A stretch of 64,000 nt of DNA from Owenia fusiformis (lineage: Eukaryota): the NCBI GenBank assembly GCA_903813345.2, contig CAIIXF020000001.1, positions 37,758,001-37,822,000 of the forward strand. Direction: 5' to 3'. Position numbers and translations under genes: made by a program. The notes under the pieces were generated by a model. That model did not search any database. It saw only the letters and a program-made list of their open reading frames with translations, and was not told the DNA's origin. Positions 54,401 through 64,000 of the stretch are shown piece by piece; position 1 is the first letter of the stretch, and each line of letters opens with the position of its first letter.

Positions 54401-57400
54401 GCAACCCCAGTATCACGCAGCGTGGCAGCAGGAGATTCGATATCACCTCTAGAAGATGTATCTCCAGCAATTATTATTGCAACCTTATTAGCATATGATC
54501 GACCTAAGTTGTTTGGTTTATACATATTGTCTCGTAACAGCGTTAATGCACCTATCATATCTGGCACTTGGCCCATCTTGGTGGGTATTGTTTGAAGTTG
54601 TTGGATAACATCTTGTTTGTTTGAAGAGAGATAAAATACTACTTCGGCAAATCCATGGAAGACAATTACACCAACTTGAGTATTTCCACTACTAATATCA
54701 AGTTCACTAATAACATTTTCTACATATGTTATGACTTTGTCAAAGTCATCTTGAGCAAGTGTTTGGTCAAGCGCAAACACTAAATCAACTGTTTTGTCTC
54801 TGCATCCTGGAACACAAAATCGAGAAAATGAAAAATAAAATAAGATAGTAAATACGTCATATAAGTAAATGGAAATAGGAGTATAGTACCCCCGTGGATA
54901 GTACCGTGGGAACTGGGCTCACATGGTGTTTGTGTACTAGTTTCCGAGACGAAATCCAACCAAAGTCGCAATTTAAATATTTACCAATAAGGAGACTAAG
55001 CATTTGTAGACTTTTTGTACCAAGAAACATACCTGAAAATTCCAGATTGATCCATGGACTGGTCGGACACATACTTTACCAAAAATGCCCCAAAACAAAT
55101 GCAATTCAATACAATATTTACAATAAAAAATTGCCGATGTTTTCTACAAATCGATCATTATCTCATAACACTAATGTTACCAGTGACATGGGGTTATACA
55201 ATACAAGATACCTGAAAGTATTTAAAAAGCTACTAAATCTAAAAAGTGAATTTCCCGATTAAAAATGGCGTCCATTTTGAAAAAAGGTGAGCTTTTGAAC
55301 CAAGAGTTGACGGGAAAGTGAGTGATTGTGATAGCTGAACATGTAATAAACTAGAAAAACAGAAACTCCACGGAATAGCATATCTCCCCGAACAATACAT
55401 ATTTTGATAAAAGGCGGCCATCTTGAAAAATTCTTATCGAACAGAGCTCCCTTGTCTCCTTGGTATCAGTATGTAAAATATGAACCAAATCCTTCCACTG
55501 ATATTTGAGTTATGGTGGCCATTTTGAAAAATGCCGGCCATCTTGAAAGTTTCTCCTCGAGCAGATCTTTTTTTTATCTTTTAGCATCAGCATATCAAAT
55601 TTGAAACCGAATCCGTCCACTGGTATTTGATTTATCAAATGAACGTTTTTTAAGAAAAATGATGGCCATTTTGAAATTGAATCCATCCACTGTAACCTGA
55701 GTTATCAAAGATTACGTTTTTCAACGAAAATGGCAGCCATTTTGAAATTCAGCCCCTTTGTCCCAAGACAATAATCCCTAAAATTCTTTCTTGAGCAGAG
55801 GTCCTACACCCAAGAGGCATAAGCATGTACAATTTGAATCAAATCCGTTAATCGGCATTTGAGTTATCGCTCGGACACACTTAATTGTCGGACGGACGAA
55901 GAGATGGCTTCTCTGTATCCCTCTCGAACTTCGTTCAGTAGGGTAATAAGCATTTTGATGATGATCGTTGGTTGAGCATTCATGCAGGGAAAGTAAAAAT
56001 TATTTTTATGATAGTGTGCTTTCTTAACCTGATTCATATGGTGGTGTAGTGGCGCCATCTATTGGATCCTTTATGACATTTGTTACATCATTCTTCATAT
56101 CATCCAGTTTGTCGTAGCCACTGGCAGCAATTGCTTTGTCTGGTCCGGATGCGATCTTCTGCATTTCGAGCTCATTGGCGACTTGGTTCGGCGTAACAGT
56201 TACAACTGTAGCTCCTTGTTCTTTCAAATCATCAGCAGCTTCAGTGACGTCAGTATCGGATGGATTTCCTGATATCAGGACAGCAATTTGTTCCACACCT
56301 TCTCGACTTGTATCATTGTCAAGATTCTTGCGCTGTTCAAGGAGTTCTCTGGTTGCTACTAGCGCAGCAGCAGTATCAGTTGAACCTTGTCTATATGGAA
56401 TATTCTCGATTCCATTTAAAACTTCTTGTTTTGTTTTGAGTTCAGTAAAGTTGAACATAACAACAGGCGTATCACTATAACTAATTACTGCTACTCTTGT
56501 TGCTGTTGGACCGATCTCCATATCATTAACGAGGGATTTTATCAACGCTTTCTGCTTCTCAAAGTCGCTGAATTCTGTGTTTGATGAGCTGTCTAGTATA
56601 AACACAACATCTGAAATAATATAATTCAAATAATTGCTAGAAATAATTATATAATAACTTTGCGTCAGTTGTTAAAGAATTGGCTTGGAAACTTTTGGTG
56701 ATTAGGTTGGGAAACTCCCTTGGAGATTCCCAAGTGGCCATATGATCTTATCTCATTAATGTTTTAACATTGGTGCTTTCTACTGGGTAACCTTATTTGA
56801 ACTGCTTATGGTAAACTAGGATTGTTCAATGCATAATGTATCACACTGCGATAACATGTATTATCAAAAATCGCCCACATTTTGACAATTACAGATCTTA
56901 AGATTATTAAACTACTTACTTTACAATCGCTCCTCATGATTAAAACGTTTCAAAACTTACTTTTCAGACCAGTATCAGTTTAACGGCAGATAAGTATCAT
57001 GAAGCTTACCTTTTGGTTCGGTTGAAATCGGAATTTCCGTAGTTTGGAACACTGAAATATGTAAAATATACGATTTTAAAATCTTGTGTTCTAATACTTC
57101 AATTGGCAAAATGGAGGAATCAAGTAAAAAATTACATTCGAAATAGTTTTTGTTAAATTGTTTTGTATAATAATTTGGTTAACCAATTCATAAATCAAAA
57201 TGTCAATGACAGATTGTTCTAGGCCTTGAGTATGATCTTGGTGATCACCAAATTAAGCCGTACTTTGGGGTTTGTAGGCGTCTTGTGAGTTATATATTGT
57301 GCAAGATCATAGCAGTACTATGTTATATTGCTTTGATGCAGAAATCATTAGCTCACCCTGAGTCCATCGCATGTCTGTTGGTTTCATGGCATCACCATTG

Positions 57401-60400
57401 GGTGCCCTGAGTGTGTAGTCAGTGACCTGGGTTTTCAGCCACAGGGCTGTCAAGGCATTAGACATAGATGGGTCTGATGGATCCTCCGATCTCCAAATAG
57501 TAAAGAACAAAAGAACACTCCCTGAAAGACAGTGATGCAGTTACTAAATTGTTAAACGATTGGGGATCTTCTGACATCCAGATAGTGAAAAACATCAGAT
57601 AATTCCCCGAATAACAGTATTAACCCTCGGAGTGGTTTATGAATTGAAACACAATGGGGATCTTTTTATCTCCACACAGTGAAATCTAATTGTACAATTT
57701 TTGAAGTACTGTTATAAAATAATTTTCTTTATTCATGAAATATAGATCGAAGAGCAGGGGTTATATCGTCGAATACACCCCGCAAGGTTAGGCATAAATG
57801 TTTTCTGGTTCGAAAGCTTTTGTAAGGGGTGTACTCGACGATATTACCCCTGCTCTAAGGTCTATATTACGATTCAAACATGAAAACTCACCAAAATGTT
57901 TCGAATATTCATTATGGTCCGCCATTACTACGGACCGCCGTTATAACAACACACATTACTCGTATTACCAGGGGCATTGTTCGCGAATATACCCCGGGTG
58001 AAATGTTGACTTTGTTTACAGATTATAGAAGGCGTGAATACAGTCACGTTCGAATTATTTTTATATCATTGACGTGTACGTTTTTTTAGCTGCCATACCT
58101 GGTTCTGCATCGTTCATATCAATCAATGCTTTATTGACGCCAGTAGTCTCAGAAAGCTGGTTCTCCATATCCAGTAAGAATTGTGTTTTGTCTGGGGCAA
58201 CTACCTTGTTGTAGTCAGCGTCAAGAGTCAATTTCACCTGGTAGCCTTGGGCATCTTCAACTACATTCACTGTAGAGAGACAATAACAGAATTTTTAACT
58301 ATAAAAATGTGATTGCAAACGTACATGGACTGAACCAGTATTTTATAAATTATAACTTATTTTCAGAAAATGAGAATTGAATTGTGAAATACTGATATCA
58401 AATGAATGAACATGTATTTAATTGGTTTTTATGTTAATGATAGAGTTGTGCTTTTGTTTTATGTTTGGGTGTGACATGTCATTTCAGGTGAGGTTTTATT
58501 AACAGAGCTGTGTTAAGTGGAGTCGGGTTCACAACACACAATTATAGTAAATATTAATAAGTGACACTGAAGAATATATAAAACAATCTAAACATGTACA
58601 ACTAAGTGAGAAATGTGCTTGTAAGTTTCGACAGAGTTATCTTAATACATACTCTTCTTGGCTGCAGGCAAAATAAAATGCAGATCATCACTACGAGGTA
58701 TAGTGTATTCAAATCATCATTTGTTTTAATTCAATATATTGCAATTCATTTGCTACATGGGCTTTCATCTGTTGAAAGCCCATGTTTCTTATAAAAGAGT
58801 TTTCCGAAAACAATATCTAAAATAAAAAAGTTATTTCATATTTGCTTGTATTTAATAAGTTCGTGATTCTAGGCCCATGTAATTATAAATCTTTTGTCCA
58901 TAGTCCCATCAAATCATCGAACTCACACGCAATATTGAGGTCCCATCGTGCTCTATTGATGGGCGTTTTGCTATATATTGCTTTGATGATAATTTTAGTG
59001 TTATTACCTATGTTGCAGTCTTGCCCAGTGAATTCTGCTGTGCATTCACAGTTATAACCAAACAAACTATTGGCTGAGTTAGTGCACGAACCGCCATTTT
59101 TGCAAGGTAGACTAGAGCAGTAATCTGGAAATCATGTTAGTTCGTCAATAAATGTTTGCTTCGTTGAGGAAATCCATCTATTAACACACTCATGAAACCA
59201 GTCAGATTTTCAACGCTTTTTAGAAAAAAAGATCAATAAAGCAAAGGAACTAAAAGACATTTGGGGATTATTGGTGTGTACTATAACACCAGCGTAATAT
59301 TTCAGAGAGGATTGGTTTCATGGGTGAACTAAAGTTAAAAACGGTCACTCCACTTCGTGTTATCATTGTTAAAGTGCAATCTAAAAATGTAGATGTGCTA
59401 TGTATTAGAAACGTTTTGCAAAACACAGGTTATATCTATTCATAGGTTATGGTTGGAGTAGATATTCAATTCGAAGTCTCGTTAAAGGTTTCTGCTGTGA
59501 CCATACCTGGTGTTCCACATGCAAGACCAGCGATTGTTTTGGATATCAAGTCAAGTGCAGCATAGTTGGGCGCCAAGAACGCGTACCGGCTATCGGGATT
59601 GCTTGCCATGTTTTTCACTTCAGTCGGATTCAATTCTGCTGTAGTAATAGCCACAGTGATTATGACGATGCCGTCAGCTCTAGCCGACAGAGACGCTGGG
59701 ACGGGGTCGCCAGTTTTAGCAGCACCGTCTGTGATAACAATGGCTACTTGAGAGACACCGGTCCTTGCCCCATTGGACTTAAGAAACATTTGATTCTTCA
59801 TCAGATTGATGCCTGCTATTGTATCGGTAGATCCAGATACATAGGATATGTTTCCAATTTCTGATAGTATGGTTGTTTTATCAAAACTATCCCCAAGATA
59901 AAACCGTGGCAATGCGCCTGTTGAAAAAGTGACAGCTCCAACATGAGCAGCATTCTCCCCTATGTTAAGATCTTTCACAATGTTCTGCATGAACATAAGG
60001 AGATTCTTGTGATTGTCTTCACCAACACTTTCAGATGTGTCCAGCACAAACACAATGTCAATCGACCCATTTGAGCAATCTATAAGCATACATTGTTGAC
60101 GTTCAGTATTATAAAATATTAAATATCTCCCCGACAAAAACTTTTTAAACATAATTTTACTAAGAATCTTTAGTCTAAAGTAATCGGCGCCAATTTCAAA
60201 TGGGATAAACTTTTTATCCCTAGTTTTATGTAATGAGAGTCATTCGATAGTACTTATGAAAGTCAGTCTATACAATACAATCCATGTTTGTGATCAATGA
60301 TCTTTACGTTGTAAATCTGTAATAACTCGGTAATGTAGAAAATGCTTACCTATTTCTTGAGTGCAAGCCACTTCATTAGCCACAGAGTCTGCTATCCCAG

Positions 60401-63311
60401 TAAGGGAGCCAAAATCAGTGACAGTTTTTACATATTTACTTTCTGGTTTACTTGCAATGTTCACCACCTCAGTTTGATCAAACTCCGTACTCTCCTTGAT
60501 TGCGACAGCAAATATAATAGCACCCGTGCCCTTAATTGTCTCTGCAGCGGGTATTGGACTTCCAGATTTGGCATTTCCATCCGTTATTATCACAACTATA
60601 TTCTGCGAGTCAGCCCTATCACCTCTAGATGGAACGAACATACTCATAACTTCTTCAAGTGCTTCTTTGGTGACAGTAGATCCGGAATTGTAAGGTATAT
60701 CTCTGATATCATCCAATAGATCAGCCTTATTGTTATGTTTATTAAGGTCAAACATCACTTCCACCGTGGTATGGAAGATTAGAGCTCCCACTTGGATCAG
60801 ATTAGGTCCGATATCAAGCTTGGATACGGTGTCGACGACAAACTGGATGGTCAGGTTAAAGTTCTCTTGGCCAACACTTCCAGAAGAGTCAATTACAAAT
60901 ATGATATCTGCTCTTCCATCCGTGCATACTACAACAGATAGCGCTTTAATAAAATATTTACGTTTTATGGAGTATTACAGGGCTTTCAATAAGTACTGAT
61001 AAAAATGCTGTAACTTTTTAATTCTTCTATATTTCTGATTAACTTTTCTACTGTATATTGTTGAGTGTTGTACTGATGGACTGTGGGAGTTACAAGAATG
61101 TACTCTAACAGGAAGGTGGTACTGGATTGAGCCTAAGGTGGATCGTGATGGTTCTGGTCTGCACGAGAAAATGTCAAAATAAGCGACTTAAAATGTGAAC
61201 ATTATCATACATGATTTTATTATTTGATAGTTGGTAAATAAACAGTTGTACTAAGATACCTTTGCAACACCTATTTATCACATCAAACGAGCAGATTGTA
61301 AGGTGGAAATGACATCTAGGAGCAATTCATAAAAAATACAATTACACCACACAGCACTTTAAGATTGATCAGATGACATATGACATCATTGACAAATATA
61401 CATCCCATGAACTCTGCAGAAATTATGTCATCAACGACATGGCTGCTGGACAGAATATAAATAATATTCACCATCAAATTAGAAGCAGCATCAAGTTCTA
61501 TGTACCTTTTGGTAAATCAAAACAGGATACAATAAAGGCCATTCATGAAGCTCATGGGAAGGACACTATATCTACCCCTGGCATGTATCGGACGTTATGA
61601 TATTTCAAAGAGCGAGAAAGTCAGTTGAAGATGAACCCAGACAGGGGTGACCAAAAGCTGTGACTTCCCATAGTCAGATTGATGCAATATAATAAATATT
61701 GAATGGATTCCTATCAGAAAAACTGCAGACATGACTGATTCAAGCGTTGGTCACGAAAACCATGTTATTCATAATGATTTAGAAATGATATTGATGTGAA
61801 ACAAATTGACCGCGGTGCTTAAGCAATTGACTGAGGAGCAATATTCACATTTTAAGTCATTTTGAGACTTTTTTCGTGCAGACCTGATCCACCACTAACC
61901 ACTTTTGGCTAAACCCAGCACCACCTTTCTGTTGGAGCAAATTCCTGTAAAGTTACAGCATTTTTATCAGTACTCATTGAACACCCTGTATATACTGTAT
62001 ACATTCCCTATTAATTAACTTTCCACTGAAACATGGACAGAAAAATAATGCCGAGTGAATGGGCGAGTAAAAAAAGAAACTAAAAAAGCAGGGAGTACAA
62101 AAACTAAAAAAAATGAACAATATGCTTTACAAATTATTGTAATGCCATGTTGCAAAAGATAGACTAACCTTACAATCATAAGACAGGTATTAAGAGAAGA
62201 TTTTTCTAGAACTCAGATGAAACCGTCTACATGGTATTTTCTTACAACATGAACATGCTTTGACAGAATAACTTACCATCTGCTATAGAAGGTGGCGGTG
62301 TAGTAGGTTCTAATAAAAGAAAACAAGTAAAATATCACAATACCAAAATTACAACAACGATGTCAACATAACACATGCAAACAAAACATTACGGAGAACA
62401 AGAGTGTAAACGTGAGCTCATGACAACTTTCATTTCGGCGCATGCCATCATGCATCAATTATGCGTCAACTTGTAAAAGGTCTAGGGTATTGGAGAATAA
62501 ACTCGGTACAGTGTCTACATAAAAAAATAGGCCGTACTATAACAAATGCCTTAAAACAAAAATTCACATAAAAGTGTTCTAAAAAATATCTAGCGAAATT
62601 GTTCCATCACCACATTTACCAGATAGATACGTATATATGCTTACAATTACGAATGCTCCAAACAAACATTAAGTTCAACAAACATTAAGTTCAATTATAT
62701 GCATCCATATGAAAATACATCAAAATATGAATAACACAACTTACTCGTTACTCCACAAGTCCCGGCAATCAAGTCAACGATCGCGTTCAGAGCACTAAAG
62801 TCGTCCACGAACTGAGCATATATGTCACCAGGGTCGCTTGCAATGGCATTAACCTGAGCCTCACTTAGCTCTTGGGTTCGTATACCAATACAGAACAATG
62901 TAATTCCTTCCGCCTTTGCACGTTCGGCTTCGGGTACAGGATCACCAGTCTTTGCCGCCCCATCAGTGATTATAATGCCTAAGTTCTGCACACCTGGTCT
63001 ATCGCCGTTGGTCACCGAAAACATGCCTCTCATTGCCTCAAGACCAGCAATAGTATCGGTCGACTTGCTCATATATGGAATATCACGTACAGCTTCCCTA
63101 AGGGCCATAACATCGTCGTATGTATTCAGTTGAAAATGAACTTCAGCGCCGGTTCCAAAACTGACTGCGCCAACTCTAACTTCATCTTGGCCTACTTTAA
63201 GTTCGGCAATGATGTCCTCGACGAATTCTTTCACTGTTTCGAAGTTGCCCGCACCAACACTTCCAGATGCATCAATGACAAAGACAATGTCAGCAAGATC
63301 ACTGAGACATA
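51486..63311 (-). CDS. Type I membrane protein (5' end outside window): at least 3 VWA, EGF, SEA, 2 VWA, TM, ~170-aa NPxY- and Ser-rich tail
   Basis: Minus-strand exons 62745-63311, 62277-62309, 60350-60928, 59507-60079, 59008-59124 (EGF CSSLPCKNGGSC..CEC..FTGQDC), 58099-58269 and 57357-57521 (SEA, EPG/SVLL), 57010-57051, 56029-56610, 54243-54806, 53765-53994 (TM VAIIAVCCVLAFFIIMCLIYFI; ANPYY), 53169-53229, 51486-51817. All introns are GT-AG and phase-consistent. Confidence 0.88.
55200..55948 (+). mobile_element. Helentron-like repeat with ggcggccatcttgaaa subrepeats and a terminal hairpin
   Basis: Repeated (g)gcggccat(c/t)ttgaaa. The end reads gagttatcgc..cggacggacg..tatccctctcgaacttcgttcagtagggtaataa. 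Confidence 0.55.
57739..57868. repeat. ~130-bp hairpin, probably the end of a palindromic non-autonomous element
   Basis: aatatagatcgaagagcaggggttatatcgtcgaatacacccc pairs with ggggtgtactcgacgatattacccctgctctaaggtctatatt. Confidence 0.75.
60978..61988 (+). mobile_element. Mariner deletion derivative with TIRs and an HTH remnant
   Basis: TA|cagggctttcaataagtactgataaaaatgctgtaac ... gttacagcatttttatcagtactcattgaacaccctg|TA. Internal IRSSIKF..GKS..TIKAIHEAHG..F..SVEDEPR.G is a mariner N-terminal motif. Confidence 0.88.
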
Positions 63312-63335
63312 CTGAAATGTTCAGCAGGTACATTA

Positions 63336-63735
63336 ACAAGGCATTAACATGACAAAATGTCACCACCTAGTTGGTCACAGTATTATAAGTATAATCTTAA
63401 GTCAGATTTGAATTTCTGAGAACTTGTAGATGATTTTGAAAAAATTGGTCAATCTGGAGCAAATTGAAAAAAGATCTTTTTGATCTTTTTTGACCTTGAG
63501 AAGGTCAAATCTCAAGTCAGATTTGCACTTTTGATAACTTGTAGATGATTTTGAATTGATTTCAATTTGAAGCAAGTTGAAAGAATACCTTTTTGACCTT
63601 TTTAACCCTTTTTGACCTTGAAAGGGTCATTGAAGGTGAACTCTTAAATATAAAGTCAGATTTGAACTTCTCAACCGCCTCCACAAAAAACGGACACCAT
63701 AACAATATGTCACCACATTTTGGTGGTGACATAAC
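63336..63735 (+). mobile_element. Apparently complete short Helentron-like (HINE-type) element
   Basis: Starts aacaaggcattaacatgacaaaatgtcacc and ends with the hairpin atgtcaccacattttggtggtgacataac. Internal ttgacctt..aaggtca subrepeats. Confidence 0.7.
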
Positions 63736-64000
63736 AAGAACTGAACAAGAGATTTGTCAATCACAGTATGATTCAATTTGCAATTATACATTATCTAACA
63801 TTTTCCACTATGGCTAGTACATAATTTTCTGTACATTTTCTTCATACCATTGTAAAGCCTGTCTCAACTGTTCATAACTGACAGGTTTGAAATAAATATT
63901 GACACATTGACAGAAATATGGTTATGCCAAAACCCGTCTAAAACATAATTTTCAGACGGTTTTTACACCTTGAACAGTTAAATTAAGAATTGGATTAAAG

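Noticed and set aside
43425..60635. RGD tripeptides in VWA domains (ERGDR, SRGDR, SRGDI)
   Set aside because: Most are variants of the conserved xGDR VWA loop seen as NGDR, YGDR and KGDR in sister domains; there is no evidence of integrin-ligand function.
38305..63311. Naming the VWA genes COL6A, COL12A or MATN, or the CUB-sushi gene CSMD
   Set aside because: There is no Gly-X-Y helix, FN3 or coiled coil, both VWA genes have TM segments, and the CUB/CCP order differs from CSMD. Only domain-level similarity is supported.
38992..63315. Many antisense ORFs over VWA exons (for example 42639-43292 minus, 56136-56480 plus, 60342-60719 plus)
   Set aside because: They are shadow frames of real exons, with no domain motifs or splice support.

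Overview
AT-rich, intron-containing animal genomic DNA; the repeat content suggests a lophotrochozoan-like marine invertebrate, but the species is not determined. Four spliced genes could be assembled by hand from GT-AG exons: (1) a quiver/sleepless-like Ly6/uPAR protein (+, ~21.3-26.8 kb); (2) a CUB2-CCP5 type I membrane protein (+, 29616-36888, 642 aa); (3) an 8xVWA type I membrane protein (+, 38305-47184, 1862 aa); (4) a convergent, 5'-incomplete VWA3-EGF-SEA-VWA2 type I membrane paralog (-, 63311-51486). All three membrane proteins carry a cytoplasmic NPxY motif. The rest is transposon-rich. The first 4.8 kb is a nested transposon stack whose core is a 3.3-kb fold-back Academ (XPG/Cys8) derivative. 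Positions 4.8-8.7 kb may hold a decayed ambisense parvovirus-like fossil (tentative). There are also Tc1/mariner MITEs, Helentron-like elements, a truncated LINE, a ~79-bp satellite and a 40-bp minisatellite built from splice-acceptor-like units. All coordinates and family assignments were made by eye; no database searches were run.
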